Source: Aplysia californica
Taxonomy: Eukaryota
Direction: 5' to 3'
DNA length: 63,962 nt
NCBI RefSeq assembly: GCF_000002075.1
Contig: NW_004797546.1
Span: forward strand, 618,939-682,900
Position 1 is the stretch's first letter. Every line of letters begins with the position of its first letter. The notes beneath the pieces were generated by a model. It searched no databases. It was given only the letters and a program-made list of their open reading frames with translations, and was not told the DNA's origin. The position numbers were made by a program, and so were the translations under genes. Shown here piece after piece: positions 27,039 to 52,564 of the stretch.

Positions 27039-27535
27039 GACACTTGGCCTTCCTCATCTGACACATTTTGTTTTGTTTTGATCTTTCCTGAAACTATAAT
27101 TAAAAGAAAAAAAATATCTACTAACAACAAAAAGTCCCACAAAAACTATCCTATCCTCTCCCCCTTTCGATAGAAATAAAACAAAAACAAATTTTAATCA
27201 GCCCTAGGGCAGTCTTAAGCCTGCGACCATATCCAGTTGGGACGTCAGAAGTAAACGCTTTGCTTGCTTCATTTTGATTGGTTTGTTGTACTATGACACT
27301 TGGCCTTCCTCGTCAGACACATTTCGTTTTGTTTTGACCTTTCCCGAAACCAAAATTTAAAAATTAAAACTAAAAACAAAAGGTCCCACAAAAACCTTTC
27401 TATCATCTCCTCCCCTTTCGAAAGAATAAAATAACCACAACAACAAATTTTTATCAGCCCTAGGGTAGTCCAAAGCCTGCGACCACCCCCAGTTGCAACT
27501 TCAGAAGTAAACGGTTTGTTTTCTTCATTTTGATC
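27039..27535. repeat. Diverged two-copy tandem duplication, unit about 256 bp
   Basis: GACACTTGGCCTTCCTC begins at both 27039 and 27295, with collinear similarity through to CTTCATTTTGAT. Confidence 0.85.
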
Positions 27536-27704
27536 AGTCCTGTGTATGACAACCACCCGTCTTATATGGCCTCTTTTTTCCTCGACAATGCGTGGCTGGC
27601 TTACACAGGTCCGACGGTACCAACATTTACAGAACATGAAATCAGTAGGTTATTTCCAGCTGAGACCCACCTTAATAAGAGCATTGATTTGTAAACGTAT
27701 TTTG

Positions 27705-27862
27705 NNNNNNNNNNNNNNNNNNNNNNNNNNNNNNNNNNNNNNNNNNNNNNNNNNNNNNNNNNNNNNNNNNNNNNNNNNNNNNNNNNNNNNNNNNNNNNNN
27801 NNNNNNNNNNNNNNNNNNNNNNNNNNNNNNNNNNNNNNNNNNNNNNNNNNNNNNNNNNNNNN
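27705..27862. other. Assembly gap (N run)
   Basis: Direct reading. Confidence 0.99.
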
Positions 27863-28399
27863 TAAATGAGACACTTGTGAAGTCATGCTGGCAAGATGAA
27901 TTACCTCTCGCAATCCACAAAAGGAGATGTTGGCCAAAAAATACCATTATATTAGGGACAAATTTGTAGATTTTCTATTGATGCCATTAATCTTTAACTA
28001 TAACTTTTCTTTTATTATTTCATACTTATAAATTGTAAAAACTTCATCTATAAGCTTGATGTATTTATTTCCATAAAAAAGGCTTGAACCCGAGAAATAA
28101 CTCATTTTGTCAGCATGCTTTACAATTACTTTTCAAAGTATTATAACGCACATGATTTTATACACATTAACTATATTTCCAATAACATTTCGGAGCAGTA
28201 TTAACTAGAATGTATAGTCATTTGGCTACTTTTTAAGGAGTGGGAACGTACTAAAAATTGTCAAGAGTGCAGCTTGATTATCTGTAATAATTAAAGTGGT
28301 AAAACAATCTCTACTAGAACCTTTCTTGTTTCTTGTCTGACAGTGTAATATATTATCTTTTATGTTCAATCCTTTAAAGGTGTAATAACTATTGAATAA

Positions 28400-28649
28400 T
28401 GTAGCTGTATTATTAGTGTTATTCATCAGTTCATGCCCTATCATCATCATCATCACTCTGCTCCCCTCGGGGACTCATGCATGCAGATCTAGATTCATTT
28501 GTCAGTGCGATCACTCATCATTTCATTCCATTCTACATCACCGTCTTGTGTTTTCCATTTCATTTCAGTTGATGTCGTCATCACTTGTAACCCGGTTGAA
28601 TTATTAAAAGTTCATTGATGTTATCCGACAAGTGATGAGTCATTCTTTA
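28400..28649 (+). repeat. 5' LTR (250 bp, TG...TA)
   Basis: Matches 33482-33736 with 2 substitutions and one 5-bp indel. Inr-like TCAGTT at 28565-28570 and ATTAAA at 28603-28608. Confidence 0.95.
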
Positions 28650-28668
28650 TGACAACATCAAATCAACT
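28650..28668 (+). promoter_or_regulatory. Atypical primer-binding site complementary to the element's own R region (putative self-priming PBS)
   Basis: TGACAACATCAA lacks the TGG expected for tRNA CCA pairing and pairs 11/12 with TTGATGTCGTCA at 28569-28580. Confidence 0.7.
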
Positions 28669-28807
28669 TCGTTAGCCTTTCCGTTTATACCTGAATCCGC
28701 CATTCTCCTGCACGTATATCCGCCGTCCGTCGTTTCGCCACCGCCGAAATACTGAGTGCCGAGGTACGCTTGTCGCCGACTCCACAAACCATGCCTTACC
28801 CTCCACA

Positions 28808-31800
28808 ATGGTCATTGTCTCTTGCCCTGCGCCTGGCAGCATGTATACAACGCCGGACGAGGACCCTGCCGTGGTCTCTGCATTACTGAACATACATGCT
28901 TTCTCCCATCAAAATCAAACTGCAGCTTCCTCAAGAGGGCCGAAACTCGAGAGGCCAAGGATTGATATTGGCGTCAACCAAGAAACGTGGAATGCCTTTG
29001 GCCGGAGATGGGAAGCCTTCAGGAATGGATCTGCCATCAGCGACTCTTCCGCCCCAACCCAACTCTTCCAATGTGCCAGCGAAACTCTGGGTGACCTACT
29101 GCTCAAAGCAGACCCCGGTATCACCTCTCGCAGTCTCAACGAAGTCCTGGAGGCGATGCGGAAGCTCGCTGTCATTCCTACAGCCAAAGGAGTTCTACGA
29201 GCTGAGCTAATGCAGATGAAGCAAAGCCCGGACGAAAACTTCCGTACGTTTGCTGCAAGGGTGAGGGGCAAAGCGGAGACCTGTGCATTCACAGTCTTCA
29301 CTCAGTGCCAGTGTAGCAAGTCCGTCTATGCTGACTACACAGAGGACGCCTCCCGAGACGTCTTACTGGCAGGAATTGCCAACATTGATATTCATCGAGA
29401 AGCCCTCAGTGCAGATGGCATCCAGTCCAAGTCGGTGAATGATTTCATCGCCTTCGTTGAAAGCCGAGAGATGGCCCGCAATGCCACCCCACTGCCCACG
29501 TTCTCTGCAATGTCTAGCTTCAAGAAGAGCATGGCCCAGGCACCAGCAACAGATGAGCGGACACAGACCATCCCATGCCCTGACTGCGAACAGAAGTTCC
29601 GCCCCTACAAACAGAAGAGTGGCGTGTGGAACACGAAGCCCCACAAACTATGCCTAGACTACTGGCGTGGGAAGCGCCGCCGCCCTGCACAGCCCCGGGA
29701 GAAACCTACTGGATCGAACACTTTGGTCTCTATGGGTGATCAGATCTCCCAGGTGTCGGCCGTCACCCTGCAACACAAGATCTTCACCAAGGGCGAGTGG
29801 CGGCGGGCCCAGTTCTCAAAACACCCTACAGTACAGTTTGAACTTGGGATCCATCAGCGTAAACCCATCCAGACTTCCACAGTGGTAGGGCTAGCAGACA
29901 CCGGGGCCCAGTCCAACCTGTGGGGTCTGCAGGACTTCCAGAGAGCGGGCTTTGCTGTCAAGTCAAGGATCTTCACACTGTCCGCATGGATATCAGGGCC
30001 GCCAACAAAAACCCAATTAACATCATTGGTGCGTTCCCTGGGCACTTTTCAGGGCAATCCACATCTGGACAAAGAGTTACCTGCCAGTCAATGGTGTACG
30101 TCAGCGATTCGGTCTCAAGCTTCTTCCTGTCATATGACACTATGATAGACCTTGGGATCATTGATAACACTTCCCAACAATCGGAGGCTACGATAGCGAC
30201 AGTGCCATGGACTTCTGGGACAGCCCCATTTCCAGTGGTCAGAACCAGTACAGCAAAAAAGTCAGCCATGCTAGGTCCCTCAACGCTGGCTGCACAGATC
30301 AGCAGGTCACGGAAGGTTCACCTTCCTGCAGCTGCCCCCAGAGGTCATCCATTCCCGATCATCCCCCATAGCTCCCATTCGCTCCCACCGTGGACAACAA
30401 CGAGAAAATGCGGGAATGGTTATTGAAGATGTATGCAAACTCCACATTTAATACCTGCTCCCATCGTCCCCTTACCTGCATGACAGGTCCCCCCATTGAG
30501 ATCCATATAGATGATTCAGCCACCCCACGCACATGTAACACTGCAGCACCAGTCCCAATGCACTGGCAAAGGCGTGTGTATGAGGACCTCCTACGTGATG
30601 AGGTCCTGGGCGTCATTGAGAGGGTCCCCTACGGTGAACCAGTGACTTGGTGTCATGGCATGGTTGTTACCAGGAAACATGATGGGTCCCCGAGGCGTAC
30701 AGTGGACCTCTCTCCACTCAACAAATTCTGTAAACGGAAGACCTTTGCCGCTGAGGCCTTGTTCCTCCTAGCTCGACGTGTGCCAGGGAACACATGGAAG
30801 ACAGTTACAGATGCATGGAATGGGTACCACAGTGTTCCATTGACAGAATCTGACCGCCACTTGACCACCTTTATTACACCTTTAGGCCGGTGGCGGTATA
30901 CCCGTGCCCCTCAGGGCTACCTGTCGTCAGGTGACGGGTACAATTGCCGCTTTGACCAGATATTGGCTGATTTCGAGCGAAAGGAGAGGTGCGTTGACGA
31001 TACTATTCACTATGACGAAGATCTGGAGGAGCATTGGTGGAGGACCATCGACTTTCTGATACTGGTGGGCAGAGCAGGTATTGTTCTGAATCCAGACAAA
31101 TTTCAGTTTGCTCGACGAGATGTCGAATTTGCAGGGTTCCATGTCTCAGAACACACTATAAAGCCCCTCCCAAAATACTTGGAAGCCATTCAATCCTTCC
31201 CCACCCCAAAGAATACCACTGACATCCGTAGCTGGTTTGGCCTTGTGAACCAAGTGGCTAACTATGCTCAACTACGAGACGTCATAGCTCCCTTTCGACC
31301 CTTTCTGAGCCCAAAGTACAAGTTCTTCTGGACTCCTGTGTTGGACCAGGCCTTCAGTGATTCCAAGCAAGCCATCGTAGATGCAATCCGCCTGGGCGTC
31401 GAGATATTCGACACCTCCAAACCTACTTGCCTCCGCCCAGATTGGTCTTCACGAGAAATTGTCTATTTCCTCCTCCAGGAGCATTGTTCTTGCACCACTG
31501 GTATGCCAGACTGTTGCCAAGATGGCCGGAAGATCACACTGGCAGGAACCCGCTTCCTTAACGGCGCTGAACAGCGCTAACCACCCATTGAAGGCGAGGC
31601 GTTAGCGATTGCCTGGGGCCTAGAGCAGACACGGTACTTCACCCAAGGCTGCCCCAACCTCATCGTGATCACGGACCATAAGCCGCTCTCAAAGATCTTC
31701 AGAGATCGCACCCTTGATGAGATCTCAAACTCCCGCCTCTTCCGCCAGAAGCAGCGCACGCTGCCTTGGTATTTTCGCATCGCCCACTTACCGGGAAAAA

Positions 31801-33464
31801 CAAACTCTGCAGCAGACACCACTTCTTGTCATCCCTGCGCATATACAGAGGCATCACCCGAGGACTGCTCTGAATCCTTATTAATTGCATCCATATGTCA
31901 GAACGCAGAGGAGCTAACCTCCATCCCCTGGTCTCGGCTGACACAGGAGACAAAAGCGAACTCTGTCCTGTCCCAAGTGATGACAGCAATATCGGAGGGA
32001 TTTGTAGACGACAACCCATCAATCTCATCCTTGATGAGATACAAGGACTCCCTGTACATCCTAGATGGTGTCCGTGTGGTGGTGCCATCGTCCCTTCGAC
32101 CGTCGATCCTTGAGGGACTGCATTCAGCACATCAGGGCGTATCAGCAATGGAACTACGGGCCCAAGCCATCGTCTTCTGGCCGGGTATCACCAACGACAT
32201 CCAATCCACAAGGACAAAATGTCGTGAGTGCAATCGGAATGCTCCATCCCAGGCTCCACTGCCGACTGAACCAGCATTCCCGCCATGCACCCCTTTCGAA
32301 AAAATCTTCACTGACTTCTTCGAGTTCAGTGGCCACCACAACCTCATTGTTGGTGACCGTCTTTCCGGATGGTCAGAAATATTTTCTACACCCTCAGGAA
32401 GCCCTCACTCAGGGGCCCGAGGCCTGATAGCATGTCTCAGATCGTTCTTCACCTCCTTCGGCGTCCCTGAGGAGCTCTCCAGTGACAGGGGCCCTGAGTT
32501 CACAGCAAGCGCTACCGGTGAATTCCTTCAGCATTGGGGAGTGAGGCATCGCCTGTCCTCCGCGTACCATCCCCAATCTAATGGCTGTGCCGAGGTTGCT
32601 GTGAAGAGTGCCAAGAGGCTTCTCCGATGTAATGTGGGCCCAACAGGGACATTGAACAACGACCGCCAACTCCATGCCATGCTTCAGCTGCGCAATACTC
32701 CCAATCCCGACTGCAATGTGTCACCAGCCCAGATCATCTTCGGATGCCCCATCCGTGATGTCTTTTCCTTCACTAACAGATTGGAAAAGTTCTCTAATCC
32801 GTCCATCAATCCCCTATGGCGAGAGGCCTGGGCATTAAAAGAGGCTGCTCTCCGAACACGTTACACCAGGACGGCAGAGACATTGAATGAGCATGTTAAA
32901 GCTCTCCCACCCCTGTCCCCAGGTGACAGATGCTTCGAGCAAAACCAAACTGGGAATGCGCCTAAAAAATGGGACCGCACAGGGCTGGTGACGGAAGTGC
33001 TGGACCACAACCAGTACATTGTCAAGATTGATGGCTCTGGACGCGTCACAAGACGCAACAGACGCTTTCTCAGAGCCTTCAAACCGGCAACAACTGCAAC
33101 CGAACGAGCCCCTCCTAGGCCTCACCCACCATTCAACAGACGGCACCAGATCCCTCTCCATATATCCCACCCCCCCAGCCCCATCGCCACTCACGTTGCA
33201 TCCGATGTGACACAAGAGGGCACCCCATGCCCCCCTTCCGCACCCTTTCCTGAAACCGTTATTCCAGATCCCTCATCGTCTTCTTCTACCATGTCAGAAG
33301 CACCGACCACCCCTGTCGTGCCAGAAGTGACTACCCCCACCGGGCAAGAAGCAGCCCCTTCCAGAACCCACAGGGCCTTGCAACATCTCATGCCACACAA
33401 TAAGCCAGGACTCAAAGAGACTGTGACCCCTCAGCGGCGAAGAAAGCCTCTTGAGAGGCCATGA
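28808..33464 (+). pseudogene. Disrupted single gag-pol reading frame of the LTR element
   Basis: Gag from 28808, protease LADTGAQS, RT DAWNGYHS/APQG/CVDD, RNase H IEGEALA/TDHKPL, integrase HHCC and D-D-E (FTDFF, SSDRGPEF, NGCAE). Lesions: 5-bp duplication frameshift at 29957-29966, 1-bp frameshift near 30168, in-frame stops at 30369-30371 and 31578-31580. Confidence 0.93.
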
Positions 33465-33468
33465 ACTT

Positions 33469-33481
33469 GGGGGGGGGGGGA
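33469..33481 (+). promoter_or_regulatory. Polypurine tract (G12A)
   Basis: Immediately 5' of the 3' LTR. Confidence 0.9.
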
Positions 33482-33736
33482 TGTAGCTGTATTATTAGTG
33501 TTATTCATCAGTTCATGCCCTATCATCATCATCATCACTCTGCTCCCCTCGGGGACTCATGCATGCAGATCTAGATTCATTTGTCAGTGCGATCACTCAT
33601 CATTTCATTTCATTCTACATCACCGTCTTGTGTTTTCCATTTCATTTCAGTTGATGTCGTCATCACTTGTAACCCCGTTGAATTATTAAAAGTTCATTGA
33701 TGTTATTAAATCCGACAAGTGATGAGTCATTCTTTA
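33482..33736 (+). repeat. 3' LTR (255 bp)
   Basis: Direct repeat of 28400-28649, followed by the TSD AATAA. Confidence 0.95.
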
Positions 33737-34608
33737 AATAATATATGAAAGCTGTGGTAAGTTGTATGCTGATTAGTCCTTTAGCAACCCACGGTTTTGA
33801 TGTGAAAATAATAATGTGCACAGCTAAAATTATCTCAGTACAAAAACATCTTTTCTGACTTTTCATGGAATGATTTAGGCATTCCAATGATTTATACCTC
33901 AACTACAGATAATGCCATTACCTCCTAGCCTTTTATTATGTTTTGAAGTATACATATGTATAATCTTTGTAAAGAATGAATGAAACAAGTGGGGGGGTTT
34001 TCTCTCTCCTGAAAAAGTTTGTTTTTACAGCTTGTGAAATTTTAACAGCTGGTCAACGACATATATAAAGAACATTCAAAGATCATTTTTTGCTGTTGGC
34101 AAGTCTTGTACTTGTAGAGAAGTATCAGAGGTTGATATAACTGCTTTTTATGATCATTCCTTGTTCTTTATGAGTGATTGTTGATCATGCCTTGTTCTTT
34201 GTGAGTGATTGTGAAGAATGAGAATGGTTCAGTCAGCGAGGTGCAACAATAACAATTACAATCGCATGACCTAAAAAGATGTTCAATAGTCTTTTTCTTT
34301 TAAATTGTGCAAAAGAGGTGCTATCTATTTAACGATTTTTTATTTGCAAACATAATGAAACAACTTTGCAAGTGAACCAAAAATTAATAGAAAACGAGCG
34401 GATGATAGACCTCTAACTCAATTTATAAGGCAACTATGTCTGTGTAACTTCTAAAGTTGGACTATATAGCAAGTAGCGGAGATCGATAAAATAGCGATGA
34501 AAGATTTTTAAAATGAAAAGATATGGAGATCCATACAAAAATATACCTTATTTATCCATTGTGAAGAAGAAAACGTTTTGCTGCCTCAAGCTGTCGGTAA
34601 AAACTTAC

Positions 34609-34788
34609 TATCTCTCGACCCATTCCCTTCCAATGTGTAATGGCTGTTGTTTGAACAAACTGTTGTATAACCCATAACAAAACCATAACCATCTTGTTTC
34701 GTAAAGATCTGGTCTGCGCGAGGTGATTTTATAATCACTTGGATCTACTTCCGGTAGCGCATGCATTTTTCATGTCTCTTTCGGAAAG

Positions 34789-34793
<5 letters not shown>
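34609..34793. promoter_or_regulatory. Probable bidirectional promoter for NAPEPLD (non-coding exon 1, minus) and PMPCB (plus)
   Basis: Minus-strand donor GTAAGT at 34608-34603. ETS/GABP ACTTCCGG at 34747-34754, NRF1-like GCGCATGC at 34757-34764, YY1-like AAGATGGC at 34786-34793 overlapping the PMPCB ATG. Confidence 0.6.
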
Positions 34794-48210
<13,417 letters not shown>

Positions 48211-49040
48211 GGATGCACATGTGTTAGTTCGGAAATCTAATAATAGACAATAAATTGTGGGGAGTGTTTCTGTCGTAGACGCAGTCCTCCGTGATGTACA
48301 TTGGATAAAGAGGTGTCTATTGTGTGGTGCACAGCTAGTGGAAAAGAAAAAAAAACTACTGCCATTTCTGAAGAAGAGACTGAGTTGATGAGACTAAGTA
48401 AGAAATCATATACCAGCAATTTCTTTTTTTGTATGATGATGATTATAGACAATGAGTATTCAGTGATACTTGGGGAGTCAGTTTCGACTGACATAAGCTT
48501 CAGACGGGAATCTGCATCTGTTGGCTGTTTTGACCAGAAGTGGCAGTGCGTAGTAGTATCTGGTATGTTTGTTGAAATTGAGAAGCCAGTTTGTTTGACA
48601 AGTTGTCTGAATGATGTGAATGTTCCATTAAACTTATTTTGTACAGTGAAATGGGATTTCTTTTGTTGTTATTCAGCATGGTGCAATTATTATATGTTTA
48701 CATTCTGTTGTTCAAATATTCTTGTCCTAAGCTGTTCATTTCATGCACACATAACTTGGGAGAGCATTTTTTTCAAAAAAAATGTTGAACAGTGCTAAAA
48801 GAGTTTCTTTATTTGGGCCCTATATTATACGCTGCCCTTTGTGTGCATAGTAATAATATTAGATTGCATAGTGCATACACAGGATCACTACAGTGATTTA
48901 CAGTAACTTAGCCTACATACTGCTCATTTTGAGACTGGAAAAGTAAGACCGACAGACAGAAACAATGGAGTAAAGAAGTAGGACCTACCGGCAGCGACCT
49001 CAAACTGAACCACCCGCTGGGAAAGAGAGTTTTTAAAGTA

Positions 49041-50423
49041 CAGGGTGATAAAAAAAAAAATTTACAACTTTTTTTCTGAATATCTTCCGCAAAAATTGTT
49101 CTGGAAAGCTGTAATTTGAAATGGACATAATTCATTCAAAAGGAATTTGTTTGATATAGAATCCACAAAGAAGATACATGTTTTGAAAATGGAAACGGCT
49201 AAAAGAAAAAAGCACCCAAAAACGCAAAGTTCACCAATTTTTATAAATTTTGTAAAGGAAGTCGTGAAAAGATTAGTTGACTTTTTTCTTTATTTTCTCT
49301 TTGGCATTTAATTTTCCATACCTGTGACATTTAAACAATATGTGATTTCTTTTACAGAGTTTAAAAAACCTAATGATTTCATTCTGAAATTCCTAGAAGC
49401 AGTGCTCCACATTCCCTCCTTTGGACTCGACACATTTTTAATGCGTCGTTCGAAATGTTCAATGGCGCCCAAACACAAGGACCTGCTAAACCATGAGTGT
49501 TTAAAGCCACATACACTGTACATGTTCAGTATGAAGTGGCTTCTAGAGACAATAGGGAGTGGGATGCCCTCTAGACAGCATTTTTGGAGTCAACATATCC
49601 CGCAGGGTGAAAATGGGCTTTGCACAAAACCAAATGTCATCGAGGAAATGATCCCTCTTTACAAGACAATCAAGGAATCATGAACACATTGCCATGCTCT
49701 GATCTATGTCACCTCGGCCTAGCGAAGGTGAACATGGTATAGTCGTAGGTTAAGATCTGCCATGAGAATGCAGACTGTTGTGTAGGATCGTCTACAGACA
49801 GACGTGTCATGGGACTTCACAACTGAAATCTGCACTCTGGTGACGTTTAAAGGGCTGCGCATGATGCGTGGTCGACCTAAAGTGGTCATTTTTTAAAGAC
49901 ATTTTTATTTCTGCTTCGCTATAGATCCAAACTGACGGAACTTCTCTACTCAAGACACAAACGGTCTTGAGGGCATCTAAAGCATTCTCTCCATGCCGTA
50001 CGCAAAACTCACGAAATGTCTGGAATGGTGAGTTTGTGGAGAGGTAATGTTCAATACAAAAAGCTCTCTGCTCTTTACGAAACGTAACCATGATCTCAGC
50101 AGGCAAACGAAATTTGTAAAAAAAAAAAAAAAAATATCTGTAGACTTCTGTTGACTTGTTAGACTGCTGTAGCTTGCAATATGGCGCGATTGCTTCAACT
50201 TTAGTTGTAGGCCTAATGCGAACTGGTGCATCATGCTATGAAAATGGCTTGTTTTTTTTAATGCGCTATATAAAGTAAAACCATTCAATGAACTTATTTA
50301 AAATACATATCAGAAAAATTCCTTTTGGCTTCCAAACGTTATGTTCAAATTTGAAACGCAAAACTTCAGTATGGAGGAAGATATTTACAAAACAAGTAGT
50401 AAAGTTTTTTTTTGATCACCCTG
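49041..50423 (-). mobile_element. Degenerate Tc1/mariner-superfamily transposon, 1383 bp
   Basis: TA|CAGGGTGAT ... ATCACCCTG|TA TIRs. Minus-strand transposase remnants: an N-terminal HTH-like EQRAFCIEHY..., a frameshifted DLNPxDY-like motif near 49740-49760, and a C-terminal AIEHFERRI. Confidence 0.85.
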
Positions 50424-50480
50424 TATGTGAGCATGCAGTCTAGATGATAAATACTTTCTGTCAAAACATTTTCGCTACTA

Positions 50481-50885
50481 AATGTGAGGCATCGTGGTGA
50501 AATCAGGCTCATCGTCATATGAAATCAAAGAAATCTGCATTTTTTTGGCCTCTATGGAAAATGTTTTTGGTTCTACATCTTTTATTTTTATGTCCATTTA
50601 AAAACACATTTTTGTATGGATTTTACTTAAAAACATTGATTAAGGCACAAAAAATGTAAATTTTCAGTTTCCAAGGACTCTCAGGTTATGGAAGTTACCA
50701 AACTTTGGCAGCCATTTCCTCACTAATTTGACCTCTGAAACCAGGCGACCCTGACCCCCTTCAATCGAAAATATTTTGACTTCTATGCAACATAGATATA
50801 ATACAGGCTTTATTAAGATTATATCAATTACCCCATATGCCCAAAAATTGACGAGCGTCTGATTCCATCACGTCTTGACACAAAT
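50481..50885. mobile_element. Non-autonomous TIR element, same family as 21399-21838 (opposite orientation)
   Basis: Reverse-complement similarity along the whole length; imperfect TIRs. Confidence 0.75.
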
Positions 50886-50958
50886 GCAGTAAATGTGCAT
50901 GGCCCATTGGCAAGCAGCATTTGTTGTAGAAAAGGAAGACCTCATCTCAAGTCCACAT

Positions 50959-51568
50959 ATGTGTGTGTGCCTAAAGAAAGGTACAAAAAGTCGCCACAGA
51001 GAATTTTGAGCTACAGGCTAATAATGACAAAAAATCACTTCTTTAACCAAAATGTGTTTCTATTATAAAAAATGAAAAGTTCCTCCATTTTTTAACAATG
51101 TGTTAAAAGGGTTTTCATTGATTTGACTTCTGAATATTTTATTTAGAATAATTTTGAGACTAGGGTATTTTTTAAAGATATAACCAAAACTGCTTTTAGA
51201 AGGTGTTAAAATCGATTCTTGAAGCATGTTTTCTCTTCCCTGCTATTGAATAATAATGATGATATTGATGTCAACTGAATTCCAAATTGGAAATGAATTT
51301 TCCATGAAAAAAAATACATAGAAACAATTGAATTATTGGGGTTTTTTTTCAAGTTTGTAAGATAAGTTTGTCCTAAACTGAAAAGCTAATTTTCTCAAAA
51401 TTAGATCTTTATACCCTACCTCACAAAATGTGCAATATCTCAAAAACTACTACTCAAAAATTCAACAAACGGCACCGTGTTCAGCCCTGAATTTTCTACA
51501 AGGTGCAAGCCTTAACTCAAAATGGTCAAAATCCGACTTTTTGTACATTTCTTTAGGCACACACACAT
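50959..51568. mobile_element. Non-autonomous TIR element, about 610 bp
   Basis: 35-bp TIRs ATGTGTGTGTGCCTAAAGAAA(G/T)GTACAAAAAGTCG with 1 mismatch. TSD not clearly resolved. Confidence 0.85.
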
Positions 51569-51879
51569 GTGATAGGATTGAGCTCAAAAGATGGGAGTCT
51601 TGAAATTTTGGAAAACCAAAGTTCAAGTAACTTCAAAAACACTCTGTTAGAGGGTCATGCCATAAGTTGTGAGAGAAGAAGAAGAGGGCACAATTTTTTT
51701 GAATGCCCTGTATCTTTTAGAAGTCAATAGACAAGGAGAAAAGTTGGGAAAGAAACAGTTTATCCAGTGAATGCTTCTGGATCGATAACAACAACATCCA
51801 ATGAATGCTTCAGACACTCCTTTCATTCATTCCAAGTTGTAAGAAACATTCAAGAATGCAGAGTATGTTCACAGAATCA

Positions 51880-51885
51880 TTTATT
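51880..51885 (-). terminator. Candidate polyadenylation signal of CELSR (would imply a ~4.2-kb 3' UTR)
   Basis: AATAAA on the minus strand at the end of a long UGUA-rich, TE-poor tract, just before a transposon cluster begins. Confidence 0.4.
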
Positions 51886-52564
51886 TCGAGATGCATCAGA
51901 TCTTTTATAAGGAAAACAATCATTTGTACAAAATAGTTTGGAAATAAAAGGCTTTAAAACTGCATAAATAAAATAGGTGTATAAAAAAGCATTGTATTGT
52001 AATTAGTATTGTTGTTCCATATCGCATGTGGCAACTCAGCATTTACAACAAGAACGGAGACATAACATACATATATTATATATATATATTTGTGGACATG
52101 GATTTTTTTCTCCAAGAGCTGCAAGGTAAATAATGTACAATGTAAAAGAAAGGCCAACTTACAATGGTTACCTTCGGCTGTATGCAAGTCATGGATTAAC
52201 TACCCAGGAGATTTACATTACATGAGGCAAATAAGAATATGAAAAAAGAAAATTTAAGTAGGAATGTTGAACTGAAACAAGCAAAGCACTTGACAATCAA
52301 TCTTAGTTCAGTGGAGAGCTCCTATCTACCAATGTTCCCATACAAGAGGTACTTTAAAAAAAAATTCTAAATGGAAGAACATGTTGATTTGTGTGTCTTG
52401 CACATATTGTGAGAAATTGGTCCTCGTTGTTGACTAAATAATTTCAAATATAAAAAAAAGGACAATAACTAAAGAAATGCATTAGACCTATGCAATTATT
52501 ATTCATTTAGTATAGTTTAAACCCTCGTTTCTATTTATGTGAATCAAGATGTATCATACATGAG

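Larger units (their letters stand above)
28400..33736 (+). mobile_element. Full-length Ty3/Gypsy LTR retrotransposon (probably Mag-related, no chromodomain), coding-defective
   Basis: Near-identical LTRs, 5-bp TSD AATAA (28395-28399 and 33737-33741), G12A polypurine tract, domain order Gag-PR-RT-RH-IN. Confidence 0.97.

Noticed and set aside
28650-28657. Extending the LTR to ..TGACAACA to obtain canonical TGT...ACA ends
   Set aside because: These bases are absent from the 3' LTR, and the TSD follows ..CTTTA directly.
29940-30200. Programmed gag-pol ribosomal frameshift
   Set aside because: The frame changes fall inside or just after the protease and are explained by a 5-bp duplication and a 1-bp loss; no slippery heptamer is seen.
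48237-48798. 85-165 aa ORFs just after the PMPCB stop
   Set aside because: They lie in the presumptive 3' UTR, with no recognisable domain or splice signals.
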